Shown one piece after another: positions 48,101 through 56,983 of a DNA stretch of 62,860 bases. Under the pieces are notes generated by a model. That model saw only the letters and a program-made list of their open reading frames with translations. It was not told the origin of the DNA and ran no database searches. How positions within the stretch are numbered: the first letter of the stretch is position 1; each line of letters starts with the position of its first letter. Source of the DNA: a virus (taxonomy: Duplodnaviria > Caudoviricetes). The stretch lies in the IMG/VR virus record IMGVR_UViG_3300032282_002104, positions 1-62,860 of that record; one strand, given 5' to 3'. A program made the position numbers and the translations under genes.

Positions 48101-51100
48101 ACTGATTTAAATAATGCTGTAGTTATTACTAAATTAGATCCTGTTAGTTTAGCCAATTACAACTTGTATTATTTCTGGGTCAAAGGTAAAACAAATATTA
48201 ACCCAGCATCAATTAAAACTTGTAGTGCAGCTACTATTACTGACTTAATTACTGATCCTAAGAATCAGGGCATTGGGTATGCAGTACTTTCAGGTAGTAA
48301 TTCGTTTGGTCTTTACAATGCAAGTAATTACCTAAGCGGTTCAGATTGTGTATTACATATTGATTATGATGTAGTTCCAAATTCTCAGGTCGTACATACA
48401 GAATTTGAATTACTACAAGAGAAAAACCCAGCATCAAAACTACCAGCAAAAATTATGAACAAGGCTATTGATAGCTGGGCTGGTCAGGATGCATACGGTA
48501 ATGCCGTTCCTGATCCAACTCTGGATGAATACAATAACCTAGGTATTAGTGTTAGACCCAGACAGGGTATGTTTAGATTCCCAGATGTTGGGTTGCAAGA
48601 ATTAGTTAGTTACCTAAACAGAACTTTTGCAAGCCTGAATCTTATTGAATACTTTGATATTAGAAAATTTGATATTGGTGAACCACTGCCAAGCAAAGCC
48701 AGAGGCGAGTACAACATTAGTGTTGACAATGACACAGAACTTAGTTACTTGGTCATTTCTGATTACACTGCTGGAGATAAAGTTCTAGTATTAGCAGACT
48801 CAACAAAAGAAGGACGTTGGACTGTTTATACATTAACTGGTGGAAGTTGGGTATTGTCTGATACTCAAAGCTGGAAGTTAGGTCTACAATATGATTTAAT
48901 TGACTTCATAGCAAGTACCTATAACAATACTGCTAAGACTACCTATACAGTAAACACTAAAAACGATATTGAAAAACTAACATTAGAAAATAATGACACA
49001 GTATTCGTTCAGAACAACGGTAACAGCCGTTATGAAATTAGACTTTATACAGTAACTGATACTAGTACTACCTACGAAGTTGTAGTACAGCAAAATGCTA
49101 CAATTAAAATTAAGTCTACTCTTTACACCAACAGAGATAACTTAGCACAAGAGATTCGTAGTTTACTTGGACTAGTTATTGGTGAAGTGTTTACAGCAGG
49201 ACTAAGATCTTACAATAATAATTTAGCTTTTGTAATGATCCGTTACTTGCTCAAAGAACAAAACAATGTAGACTGGTTATTTAAAACTAGCTTTATTGAT
49301 GTTGTACATAGATTCCGTAAGCTAGAACAAAACTCAGTTTATCAGAAAGACAATCAGGACTTCTTACTACAATACTTAGATGAAGCCAAACCATATCATA
49401 CTAAGATTCGTGAGTACCTGTTAAATTATACTGGATTAGATGAGTGGAACGCTGATGTAACTGACTTTGACTTGCCTGCTTACTACGATGCAAATACTCA
49501 GTCCTTCCGTAGTCCAGATGGCACAGAAATAGGTGATGATGCTTTATTATCATCCGCTACACAATACAGCCAATGGTATGCTAATAGAGAATATACCATT
49601 ACAAATGTAATTATTGAAGATGGTGGAACTGGATATGTAACGGCGCCCACAGTTACTATTTCTAATGGTGCTAAAGCATACGCATTAGTTTCCAATGGTA
49701 GTGTTAATGAAATTATTATTACTAGACAAGGAACTGGATTAACTACAACTCCAACCATTACACTAGAAAGTGATACTGGAACTGGCGCTAAAGCATACGC
49801 ACAAATTGGTAATGATTTGTTAAGACACATCAAAACTACCATTAAATTTGACAGAGTTACTTATGATACTGCTGTAAATATCTGGGCACCAAGTACAACT
49901 TATACTCGTGGACAATATGTAGCCTATGATTACAGACTTTACTTTGTAGAACCATTGGACGGAAGCAGTTTAACATTTACTTCTGGAACTACATTTGATA
50001 GTTATAACTTAGTTGAAGTAATTAATCAGAACTTAATAGCTCGTAATACTCCAGCAACTTGGGCACCATATACTAACTATGTAAAAAATGATTATATTAT
50101 TAACGAGGGTCAAACCTATAGAGTAGTTCAGAGTTTCACAAGTGACTTGCAATTTACTATGGGAGATAATCTCGTAGAAACTGCTGACATTACTTTTGAT
50201 GACTTTGGCACTGCCAACGACAGAATTTGGGCATACTATAACCCAACATCAGGTATGCCTGGTAGAGTTCTAGGACAATTACAATCAGGTATTACTTACC
50301 CAGGTGTTATTGTAACCGGTGAGAATTTTAGTAGCCTACCAAACGACTATCCAACCACCATGAATCTAGATGATGACACTATCATTCAAAGTGACTTCAT
50401 TGATACCGAACTAGGAACCAGACCAGAAGATATTATTGTAGATGGTTCAGGATTTGTGGATGAATACAGCAGCCATGCTCCAGAGGAATTAATTCCTGGT
50501 CGTATGTTTGATACTCTTAATATGCAGATCCATACGGCACCACTTTCAGATTACACTTTAACAATTGGTGCTGGTCCAAATACTACTCTGTATCTGTATA
50601 CTGGAGATAATACTACTACCACATTCAGTTTTAAAGTAGCTGGTACATTTGATGATGTATTGTTTGTTCGTACTAAGAATCGTGGACAACAACTTGCAAA
50701 CACTAATTTTACAGTTAATTACGCCACAAGTGAAATTACATTCAATTCTGCGCCAGCACTAAACGACATTGTTTATGTTCTGATACAAAACAATGGCGGT
50801 AACTATTTGTTATACGATAAAACTTACACTGCTGATGGAAGCACTGTTGATTTCAGACTACCAAGTGAATACGCTCTGATTCAAAACGCATTAGTATTTG
50901 TCAATGGAGAAAAAGCTACAAATTACACTGGTGTTAATGTTGCTGGGGCGTATGTGGTACGATTTAACACTCCACCAGCAGAAGACGCATTCATCCATGT
51001 ATATGCATACAATGCTGTAGGAACTGCTAGAGAAATTCATCAAACAGTTAGAACAGTATCTGCTAGCCCAGTTTACCCAGATGATTATACAATAACTTTG

Positions 51101-52480
51101 GATAGGGCCATAGCAAATTGGGGTCCATACCATGCCAATATTATTGTTGAAGTTAATGGTAAGAGATTACGTCCAAGCAGCACTTCTTACTTTGTAAGTG
51201 ATGGAAGTACTTTAACTTATACTCCTACATATACTGCTGATATCAATGGTGCTCTTGTGCCTAGTGGTGACATTGAAGTTTATGTTGCTGGTCAAAGAAG
51301 AATTGAAACCGTAGACTACAATTTAAGTGTTATTGATAACAGTACTGTAAGAACAGTTACATTTACTAGTGCTGTTGCTGCTGGCACAGACATAGCAATT
51401 AGTTGTGTTACTAATGATGAATTTATAGTAATAGATAATTCTACAATACTAATTAATAGTTCAGTTCCAGTTCCTGCTAATAGCACTGTAACTGTTACAA
51501 CCTACAGTGTACATGATGCTGCTAGAATTAAAACTGTTAACAGATCAGGATTAAGCCTAACTAGTTTAACACTAATAAGTGGTTACGACTATGTTCCATA
51601 TGATAACGCAACGTATGAAAATGCATCAACAACTAGTGTTACATCTGCTAAATTTAGTCTGGAAGATACACATTCCAGCATAGGCTATGTGTTAGTTTAC
51701 AAAAACGGTATATTCCAAATTCCTGTTGCAGACTATGTTTTAACTGATAATGGCACTAAGATTGAATTTACCAATCCAGAATTAATCTCTAACACAGATA
51801 TTATTACCATAACTGAGTTTACAGAGAATGTTCAGCGCGGTTTAACTAGTTACAGAATGTTCAGAGACATCTTAAACAAGGTAACATTCTACAGAATTGG
51901 TTTAGAGGAAAGCACAGTACTAGCACAAACTCTCAACTTAACTGATACTGAAATTTATGTAGCCGATGCTTCAGTTTTACCAATTCCTAGTGCTGCTAAT
52001 AATAAGCCTGGTCGTGTTTTCATTAATGGTGAGTGTATTGAGTACTGGGACAGAGACATAGTTAACAACAAACTAAGCAGATTGTTCCGTGGCAGTTATG
52101 GAACAGGTGCTAAAACGACCCACAATGTTGGATCCTATGTTATAAGTGCTGGATTTGGTCAAACTGTTCCTGTGGAATACGATACAACTAGTATTGTAAA
52201 ATGGGAGCCAAATAAAGAATTTGTTGCCACACAGTATGTTCTTTATGCTGGAACAATATATCAGGCCAACATAGATTTCACTGCTGGTAGCAGTTTCAGT
52301 GCAACCAACCTAACCGAAAGAGCTCAATATCGCGATAAGATTTGGTACGATATTGTTGCTGGCGGCCAGATTGGTCCAGACGGTAGCACCCTAGAGGTAC
52401 TATTAACTGGTGACAGTTTGTACAATTCAAACACAGCACAGGTTAATTTTATAAGACAGGTAGCGGGTTTCATAGCCTAA
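39176..52480 (+). CDS. Giant multidomain baseplate wedge protein (gp7-position), 4434 aa
   Basis: Follows gp6; FG-GAP-like repeats, KPYHTKIR motif, GGTGY..AP repeat and W.P.T.Y..G repeats. Confidence 0.7.
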   Translation: MATRTITFLPQVFQTDTNRKFLNATLDQLVTNPKFKKINGFIGRKTSPAFKSTDNYLPEPTTRKQNYQLEPSVVVDSSSEYFVANFADILDSINYHGGNITNQDRVFTDDNYTYAGLFDYDKFINYNQYYWLPNGPDSVDVTAAAISTSDNLSVSRNITDQAYNISDYFEQNPVLILARGGTYTFQVNQSGFPFYIQAQPGTSGGYTWQPSISTREVYGVENNGTDVGTVTFNVPYITAQNWQMELPNYTNVDYATDFTLADIANKPLSYVQKKLGGIDGVTDIANKTLVFVHGNTSDAAWQEPGIYEDYTENYDGGLGYDPGALITGNNRSGIFRITVDSNYAVPIVKIKQVDVVTDEYKIKILTGNKYAYREFYKGTDTNYLEILPPLTAPLDTLFYQDGSNSSMVGTIKLVDVQSNTPIDVELDILGKKTYTSVNNVVFTNGLKVRFDSTVKPVQYQNNEYYVEGVGDAIRLAKVLELVTIEDYIVPVVTSWDNLGWDTEGWEATIGGPTQLDYLTINRASIDQNAWSRSNRWFHTDVISATATYNNSTVILDQTARAKRPIIEFNYDLQLFNNGRVAKASVSILDTEITDAFSLIEGTTSYFADGVQMQDGDRVIFAGDTDPDVRNKIYVANIVDPSGDGSSIEHLTLTEDGEVSEYETVIVYYGDTNSGKTFWYDGSVWQESQQKTTINQTPLFDIFDDAGVSYSDSSKYPDSTFAGTKLFSYKVGTGTRDPYLDFAFTYKNLQNIGDITFENNFDLDSFEYTLDSETINYKINNGTLNSINSLTSVTSVTCWIKSKEDSKQYQLRQYLVTDATQIDYYLGYSGEPNLEVNNLLIYKNSTALTSTEYSIVRTKGKTYARINVALAVNDRIDIKIYSKFVLKDYYYQVPENLEINPANEQFTVLTLGQLRQHVRDVYEKSKETYGIYPGASNLRDTPLIKDVGGNILQHAGSMISAGLFLCHPEINFISALDLAAREYQKFKNKIVDRAITLPEINYTDIPGSLDAILSDINLVKNADFPWYYSDMLAYGIENLVASQEIIIEDDARAIYNLETIFSLDTLTRQSVLIYLNGEQLTYGQDYTFLTTRPAFSLTDTVLRSVDDVLLIKEYSTTNGSWIPETPTKLGMYPAFKPVKYLDETFVDPIYVIQGHDGSITPTFGDFRDDILLEFEKRVYNNIKAKFSLDKVSIFDVRPGKFRDNNYTLAEYNNIIGKSFGKWAGSHQVNYSETTGYSSNNSYTWNYKSMSNKLDDTLLQGSWRAIFEHHYDTTRPHTHPWEMLGFSDQPDWWEMRYGPAPYTSGNLVLWEDLKAGSIFSGPRAGVDLRFARPSLLDIIPTDDYGQLRQPVQIFVKNFDSKKTKISYAIGEVGPAEAAWRRSSEYPFALAKAMAITKPAKFFGHFLDNFNYVYDKDIEEFTYAGLKRRIQITDLKVNDADTQFISLTNYVRDFLADSGITPLTKLTHVYDTLGVKLSYNVSGFTGLDYIKILAEQASPNTTTNSVLIPDDNLNLHVKKSVPQSKVTYSAVIVARLGTGYKVHGYNLTDPYFTIIPSTANNNKTVINVLGTTATIYNDYDAVRVTIPYGTEFVNRQQVVDFLVGYQRHLLSQGILFDEIDSDLGLSRNFVLSAHEFILWSKQNWNTNTVIVLNPLSSRIRIKSDYKVVDTINSGKLGSGKVLDPNFNYLRNNQLSVVRIGNDFVVNAINDQSMALVEMNLVEYDHCLVFDNATIFNDTIYEPSTGNRQQRLKMVGHKTLDFDGSLYAPGFVYNSENVDTWMPGKDYKKFTIIEFKDAYYVASEDIPGTDIFDYNKWQLSTNQTIKSGLLPNFSTLASNLQTTYNTSDINLESDSDIYSKGLLGFRKRNYFEDLGLDDTSQVKFYQGFIKEKGTIKSVQALLGAEFDKFTTDIDLYESWALRVGEYGATDINQVIEVFVPEKPFAANPTYAEFLNDGDTEPNLNYWFKPTSTAEHKIKLLPNNYDKNIFLTTKNLLRLEKEIKTAGYLKTTDIDGTIFDIEAIALADKETFINSIGSGFKLWVAKKANNDWDVYRASQNKAVITKVTNALEGYVEFTTDIPHGLTLGDFVVVKNVSTNFNYIYKVYNVNSLTSFLVSIDTGLIDLTGFESQDATGVLFNLHTVRFSTIADWAEYTPAEGWTTDDIVAIDQWGTDYVDWAVWKKTDNYLLNDGITRPSATSTEKFGESVAFLDNGQVLLAGLSDSGTGKVVSYLNKSDNSSILADVSTNTDFYEYNESETVTATNLDNFGKVISASNNAWFAVGAPESNTSSGYVFTYKRTNTIADGSSVRLEVQQAFTSGVLAASFGAALSISSDAKWLYVGQPNSISGAVYAYRLVTGGTAATGTLIGDGSTSIKACPVSFNSAYQLQITDTTGKLYVYLKDYTISSTNIVFTSAPADGLVITVNALSEYYVYNDTISDFVSFSGFGTSVSTTTDGAQVVIGAPSYDSTATNNGIVYVYDRSINAELADSSTLTFQVLQGYTDSINPRVTVDGTEVTVSSFSTVASTSTTVVLAQAPALGSEVRIETNNFRLLKTITPADTEEGQAFGTSVLICPANCTIYASAPNQDNALVRNTGSVYRFTNLGRLYGVVTGTVTSPTVTAGHRIRINDYEVEFTGTSLTSVIDDINNALIPGITASNSSNKLKITCDTELVANKLRILPGNTGTALTDLGLDIFTNTQTIKNPNPYDNANFGKTLALKNTADVLFIGSDVANTIEITTFDDSTTSFDQTSIVFKDEIIQSGAVLVYEYIAEKVDNTDRPGFFIFSQYLEPGSMARYDQFGASIAAYGNNVVAGALGSDVFGANYGALFGFRNVSERSWATTSTAPAKVDIDIINEVTIYNYRTKLKVLTLDILDPAKGKILGLASQNIDYSSSFDPAVYGTRETKNQLWGSTQIGKIWWNTNTVRYLDYEQSDLGYRSVNWGRVFPGSSIDVYEWIESTVPPVDYIAAGYEGTPYSTDLNNAVVITKLDPVSLANYNLYYFWVKGKTNINPASIKTCSAATITDLITDPKNQGIGYAVLSGSNSFGLYNASNYLSGSDCVLHIDYDVVPNSQVVHTEFELLQEKNPASKLPAKIMNKAIDSWAGQDAYGNAVPDPTLDEYNNLGISVRPRQGMFRFPDVGLQELVSYLNRTFASLNLIEYFDIRKFDIGEPLPSKARGEYNISVDNDTELSYLVISDYTAGDKVLVLADSTKEGRWTVYTLTGGSWVLSDTQSWKLGLQYDLIDFIASTYNNTAKTTYTVNTKNDIEKLTLENNDTVFVQNNGNSRYEIRLYTVTDTSTTYEVVVQQNATIKIKSTLYTNRDNLAQEIRSLLGLVIGEVFTAGLRSYNNNLAFVMIRYLLKEQNNVDWLFKTSFIDVVHRFRKLEQNSVYQKDNQDFLLQYLDEAKPYHTKIREYLLNYTGLDEWNADVTDFDLPAYYDANTQSFRSPDGTEIGDDALLSSATQYSQWYANREYTITNVIIEDGGTGYVTAPTVTISNGAKAYALVSNGSVNEIIITRQGTGLTTTPTITLESDTGTGAKAYAQIGNDLLRHIKTTIKFDRVTYDTAVNIWAPSTTYTRGQYVAYDYRLYFVEPLDGSSLTFTSGTTFDSYNLVEVINQNLIARNTPATWAPYTNYVKNDYIINEGQTYRVVQSFTSDLQFTMGDNLVETADITFDDFGTANDRIWAYYNPTSGMPGRVLGQLQSGITYPGVIVTGENFSSLPNDYPTTMNLDDDTIIQSDFIDTELGTRPEDIIVDGSGFVDEYSSHAPEELIPGRMFDTLNMQIHTAPLSDYTLTIGAGPNTTLYLYTGDNTTTTFSFKVAGTFDDVLFVRTKNRGQQLANTNFTVNYATSEITFNSAPALNDIVYVLIQNNGGNYLLYDKTYTADGSTVDFRLPSEYALIQNALVFVNGEKATNYTGVNVAGAYVVRFNTPPAEDAFIHVYAYNAVGTAREIHQTVRTVSASPVYPDDYTITLDRAIANWGPYHANIIVEVNGKRLRPSSTSYFVSDGSTLTYTPTYTADINGALVPSGDIEVYVAGQRRIETVDYNLSVIDNSTVRTVTFTSAVAAGTDIAISCVTNDEFIVIDNSTILINSSVPVPANSTVTVTTYSVHDAARIKTVNRSGLSLTSLTLISGYDYVPYDNATYENASTTSVTSAKFSLEDTHSSIGYVLVYKNGIFQIPVADYVLTDNGTKIEFTNPELISNTDIITITEFTENVQRGLTSYRMFRDILNKVTFYRIGLEESTVLAQTLNLTDTEIYVADASVLPIPSAANNKPGRVFINGECIEYWDRDIVNNKLSRLFRGSYGTGAKTTHNVGSYVISAGFGQTVPVEYDTTSIVKWEPNKEFVATQYVLYAGTIYQANIDFTAGSSFSATNLTERAQYRDKIWYDIVAGGQIGPDGSTLEVLLTGDSLYNSNTAQVNFIRQVAGFIA

Positions 52481-52490
52481 TAAATACATT

Positions 52491-53153
52491 ATGACTTCAG
52501 ACAAAGAAAACACAGACCCCATGGAAAACACAACTGAAAAGCAACCAGACGAGCAGTTTGGCGTAATGCTGCGCGGCCATATTAAAATATCTGATCCAGA
52601 TTCTGGAGAAGTTTATGTAGACAAGCCTAATGCTATTCACTACGAAAACTTCTCAGAAGCACTAGCTCTTAGTGTAGGTAACAAAGAGACTGGATTCATT
52701 ACAGAAATGCATTTTGGTAATGGTGGAACTAGCGTAGATACCACAGGTATTATTACCTACCTGCCACCCAACAATACTGGTATGAATTCAGATTTGTACA
52801 ACCCAACTTATTACAAAATCGTAGACGATAACAATAGTTTAAACGTTGATCCTACTCGTAACTTTATTGAAATTCGCCATGTCCCAGGTAAAAAATATTC
52901 AGATATTTTAATTACTTGTTTACTAGATTATGGTGAGCCAGCAGTAGGGCAAACAGCATTTGATAATGCTACAGATTTAAATGGAAACTTCGTATTTGAT
53001 GAGCTAGGACTTAAGAGCTACATTGGAGCAGGTACACAAGGAACTGGAAAATTGCTAACACATGTTATTTTCCATCCTGTACAAAAGTCTTTAAACAGAC
53101 TAATACAAATAGAATATACAGTGAGAGTACAAACTCTTACTAATTTAACATAA
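52491..53153 (+). CDS. Baseplate/virion structural protein (220 aa)
   Basis: NAIHYEN, FGNGGT, FDELGL and THVIFHPVQKSLNR motifs; between wedge and fibre genes. Confidence 0.65.
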   Translation: MTSDKENTDPMENTTEKQPDEQFGVMLRGHIKISDPDSGEVYVDKPNAIHYENFSEALALSVGNKETGFITEMHFGNGGTSVDTTGIITYLPPNNTGMNSDLYNPTYYKIVDDNNSLNVDPTRNFIEIRHVPGKKYSDILITCLLDYGEPAVGQTAFDNATDLNGNFVFDELGLKSYIGAGTQGTGKLLTHVIFHPVQKSLNRLIQIEYTVRVQTLTNLT

Positions 53154-53166
53154 CAAGGTATGAGAA

Positions 53167-55245
53167 ATGCCATATAGCGTAACTAAAACAGATGGTACAG
53201 TTGTAGCTACTGTACAAGATACTAAATTAGACACAACTACGGATTTAACCCTACTGGGTAAAAATTATCGTGGTTATGGCGAATTTGTTGCAAACAACTT
53301 TATACGTCTGTTAGAAAACTTTAGTTACACTAGTGCTCCAGCAAAGCCACTTAAAGGTCAGATTTATTATAATACAACTGATCGTAAACTTTATGTATAT
53401 GATAGTGCAACAGTGGGTTGGAAAGCTCTGGCAAAGGTAGAAAATGCTAGCTCAACACCAAGCAATGTAACAACTGGTGAAATGTGGTGGGATACTACTA
53501 ATAAACAGCTTAAAGTTTATGATGGTTCTGGATTTGTAACCATTGGACCAGCCACAGCATCAGGCTACGGAACAAGTGGTCAAGTAGTAGGAACCATACA
53601 CGATTCAGGTGAAAACCTTAAGGTAGTAGTTTATGATTATGTAGATGGTACCCTGGTAGCTATTATAAGTCATAACCCTACATTTACAATATCCGGTTCT
53701 TCCGAAGCTGCATTATATACTGAATTTACTACCATATCTCCAGGTATTAATTTAAGCAAATCTGTAGCATCTGGATTAGCTAAATTTACTGGTACAGCAA
53801 CCAATTCAGAGTTATTAAACAATCTAGCCAGTACTGATTTTCTTAGAGCCAATGTGGCGGCTAGTACTTCTGGTGCAGTTTCGTTCTTAACTGACACCGG
53901 TATCAGAGTTGGTGCTGGTTCTGACTTAGTAATTAATATTGACGGTGGTGGCGGAACGTATGCAAACTTTAAAAACCAAAGTACAAATGCTGATATTAAT
54001 CTCATTGTAACTACTGCAACTGGTGCCAATACTGCTATAAGTATTAGTGGTTCAACAGCATTAGCAACTGTAGCAGGCAACCCAACAACTGGATTAGGTA
54101 TTGCTACTAAAAACTATGTTGATACAGCAGTCGGTAGTGGAAATGCATTGCTCCGAGACGGTACAGTAAGTGTTACTGGTAACATTAGCCCAGATACTAA
54201 TAGTACAAGAAGTTTAGGTACCACTCTTTTACGATACAAAGATATATTTGGTACAACATTATACGGTAATGTAACAGCAACTGGTACAAGCAGCCAGGGC
54301 AACATAAGCATTACTGGTACTACTGCTAGTACAAGTTCAACAACTGGTGCTTTAACAGTAGCAGGCGGGGCTGGAATTGCAGGTAATGTGTATGTAAATG
54401 GTATTTTAGGAAGTACAGCGTCAATACCAAGTACAAGTACCACAACAGGTGCTTTAGTCATAGCTGGCGGTGCTGGGTTGACTGGTAATATCAATGCAGG
54501 TGGTACCATAACAGGTGCTATTATAGCAGGTACAAGTGCAGGGGTGTTTGGATCAGCAAATACTGCTAGTGCTGGTGAAATTCGTTTAGCAAATACTGGC
54601 ACTATTGCCTGGAGAAACAATACTAATACCGCAGATTCTGGAAACATTAGTCACAATGCAGGTAATTATCTAGTAGTTAACTCAACCAGTGGTGCAAATA
54701 TAGCAGTAGCTGGTAGTACCGTTGCAAACTTTGCAAGTACTGGATTAAGTGTAGGTAATTTAGTAAGTTCTGGTAATGTTCAGATCGGTGGAAGTATAGC
54801 TGCCAACGCAGGCGTATTACAAGTTACTGGACACAGTTCTTTTTCTTCCATATTAGAAAAAGCTACTATTGACACTACTACAACATTGGGATCAAGTATT
54901 ACAACCAACATTGATTTATTAACTTCTGCTGTGATATATTTTACACTTAATGCTGTTGCTGGATTCAGTTTTAATGTCAGAGCAAGTAGCACACAATCAC
55001 TTAATAATGTAATGAGTGTAGGGCAAACTGCTACATTAGCTATATTAACTACACAGGGATCAACAGCATACGTTACACCATATTTTTATATTGATGGTGG
55101 ATCTGCAATACCAGTTAAGTGGCAAGGCGGTTCAGCACCAACCTCGGGTAATGCTAATAGTATTGATGTTTATACTTTTACTATTATTAAAACAGCCAGC
55201 GCAGTTTTTACTGTACTAGCCTCACAAACTCAATTTAAGAACTAA
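53167..55245 (+). CDS. Tail fibre protein 1 (692 aa)
   Basis: N-terminal L.L.GKNY.GYGE....NF..LLENF baseplate-binding domain, GALTVAGGAGI repeats, C-terminal KWQGGSAPT.GNANSIDVYTF. Confidence 0.75.
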   Translation: MPYSVTKTDGTVVATVQDTKLDTTTDLTLLGKNYRGYGEFVANNFIRLLENFSYTSAPAKPLKGQIYYNTTDRKLYVYDSATVGWKALAKVENASSTPSNVTTGEMWWDTTNKQLKVYDGSGFVTIGPATASGYGTSGQVVGTIHDSGENLKVVVYDYVDGTLVAIISHNPTFTISGSSEAALYTEFTTISPGINLSKSVASGLAKFTGTATNSELLNNLASTDFLRANVAASTSGAVSFLTDTGIRVGAGSDLVINIDGGGGTYANFKNQSTNADINLIVTTATGANTAISISGSTALATVAGNPTTGLGIATKNYVDTAVGSGNALLRDGTVSVTGNISPDTNSTRSLGTTLLRYKDIFGTTLYGNVTATGTSSQGNISITGTTASTSSTTGALTVAGGAGIAGNVYVNGILGSTASIPSTSTTTGALVIAGGAGLTGNINAGGTITGAIIAGTSAGVFGSANTASAGEIRLANTGTIAWRNNTNTADSGNISHNAGNYLVVNSTSGANIAVAGSTVANFASTGLSVGNLVSSGNVQIGGSIAANAGVLQVTGHSSFSSILEKATIDTTTTLGSSITTNIDLLTSAVIYFTLNAVAGFSFNVRASSTQSLNNVMSVGQTATLAILTTQGSTAYVTPYFYIDGGSAIPVKWQGGSAPTSGNANSIDVYTFTIIKTASAVFTVLASQTQFKN

Positions 55246-55247
55246 CG

Positions 55248-56924
55248 ATGCCATCCGTAGCAACTTTTGGATCAATGTCAGGCAGAGGATTTGGTAAACT
55301 AACCAGATCAAAACGAGGACCATTGATTGAATTGAAAATGTGGGGTGGTGGAGGGGCAGGTGCTAGAAAATCTTGTGGTAATTCTGCTCCTGGTGGAAAC
55401 GCTGGTGGCTTTGTAATTGCTGTTACTGATCAAGTATTACCTGGAGACGTTCTAACAATTTATGTAGCAGGTGGTGGCTCTGGTGGTTCTGGTGGTTATG
55501 GTGGCGGAGGTGGTGCTGGCGGCAATGGCGGCGGCGGTGGCGGAGCCTCATACGTTTATTATGGAACTACCTTGTTAATGGTTGCTGGAGGTGGTGCTGG
55601 TTCGGGCCAAGGACAAGGTGCTGGTGGCTACCCAAATGGTCAAAATGGATCTAATGCTGGGTCTGGTGGTACAGCAGCTACTGGTGGAACTCAAACTGCT
55701 GGTGGAACAAGAGGTTCTGGCGGATTTAATGGTGGTGGTTCTGGTTCTACTGATGGCGGATTTTTACAAGGCGGTCAAGGTTCAAGCTGTGATGCTGGCG
55801 GCGGTGGAAGTGGCTATTGGGGTGGTGGTGGCGGAATGGGAGATTGTGGAAGCTGCCCTGGAGCATCGGGCGGCGGTGGCTCAAGCTATTACAATCCGAG
55901 TTTTATGAGAGATTTTTCGTTTTTTAACGGCAGCGGTGCAACACCAGGGGCTGCTGGATTTGCAGATTATTCTGCTGGTTTAGGAATAGGTGGTGGCTAT
56001 ACTGGCAATGGTGGTAATGGTAGAGTAGTAATTACTATTGATGGAACCAAATATTATTTTGATTACACTGGTTCTCCTCAGACTTTTAGAATTAGAGGTA
56101 CTCAATTTATTGTAGTTGGTGGCGGTGGTGCTGGCGGTGGTTCTACAGCAGAAGGTTCTGGCGTTGATGTTGAAAAGGGCGGTGGTGGCGGTGGTGCTGG
56201 CGGCTATGTTACCGGTAACTACATATTACCTACCGCAGGAACAACTTGGACCATAACCGTTGGAGCAGGCGGTGGTGGCGGCGGTGGCGGATCAAGCGGT
56301 GGCAGTGGTAACAGCAGTTCATTTAACAGTATTATTGCCAATGGTGGCGGTGGCGGTGGCGGTGGATATAGTGGAAACGGTCCCAACGGTGATAGACCAG
56401 GCAGATCTGGTGCTAGCGGTGGGGGTGCAGGCGGAAGTGGTGGAATTAATTCTGGTGGATCAGCAAGTCAGGGATATAACGGGGGAGGTTCTGTTGATGT
56501 AAGTGGAGGAAACGGATCTGCTGCTGGTGGAGGTGGCGGGGCTGGTGGGCCAGGCCAAACCGCAACAGGTGACAACGGTGGTAATGGTGGTCTAGGAATA
56601 CTCAATAACATTACAGGAACAGCCGTAGTCTATGCTGGCGGTGGTGGTGGTGGTCGCGCAGCCAATCAGGTAGGTACCAACGGTGTTGGGGGCGGTACCA
56701 ACAACGGAGCCGGACAGAACGCTGGCCAGGCAAATACTGGTTCAGGCGGTGGCGGTGGATTTGATAATTCTTCGGGTGGAGATGGTGGTTCAGGAACAGT
56801 GGTTCTCAGATATGAAGTTACATATCCAGCCCCAGTTTCTAGCCCAGGAGCAACTATATCTGTCATAAATGGTTACAGAATTATTCAGTACAAAACACCA
56901 GGGAGTTACACGCTTACATTCTAA
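55248..56924 (+). CDS. Glycine-rich adhesin / receptor-binding protein (558 aa)
   Basis: Two polyglycine-motif domains; directly follows a fibre gene. Confidence 0.65.
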   Translation: MPSVATFGSMSGRGFGKLTRSKRGPLIELKMWGGGGAGARKSCGNSAPGGNAGGFVIAVTDQVLPGDVLTIYVAGGGSGGSGGYGGGGGAGGNGGGGGGASYVYYGTTLLMVAGGGAGSGQGQGAGGYPNGQNGSNAGSGGTAATGGTQTAGGTRGSGGFNGGGSGSTDGGFLQGGQGSSCDAGGGGSGYWGGGGGMGDCGSCPGASGGGGSSYYNPSFMRDFSFFNGSGATPGAAGFADYSAGLGIGGGYTGNGGNGRVVITIDGTKYYFDYTGSPQTFRIRGTQFIVVGGGGAGGGSTAEGSGVDVEKGGGGGGAGGYVTGNYILPTAGTTWTITVGAGGGGGGGGSSGGSGNSSSFNSIIANGGGGGGGGYSGNGPNGDRPGRSGASGGGAGGSGGINSGGSASQGYNGGGSVDVSGGNGSAAGGGGGAGGPGQTATGDNGGNGGLGILNNITGTAVVYAGGGGGGRAANQVGTNGVGGGTNNGAGQNAGQANTGSGGGGGFDNSSGGDGGSGTVVLRYEVTYPAPVSSPGATISVINGYRIIQYKTPGSYTLTF

Positions 56925-56983
56925 TAAATATGTTAGAAACGTGCTTTCAGAATAGAATAAATACTAAGATATAAGGTTAAAAC

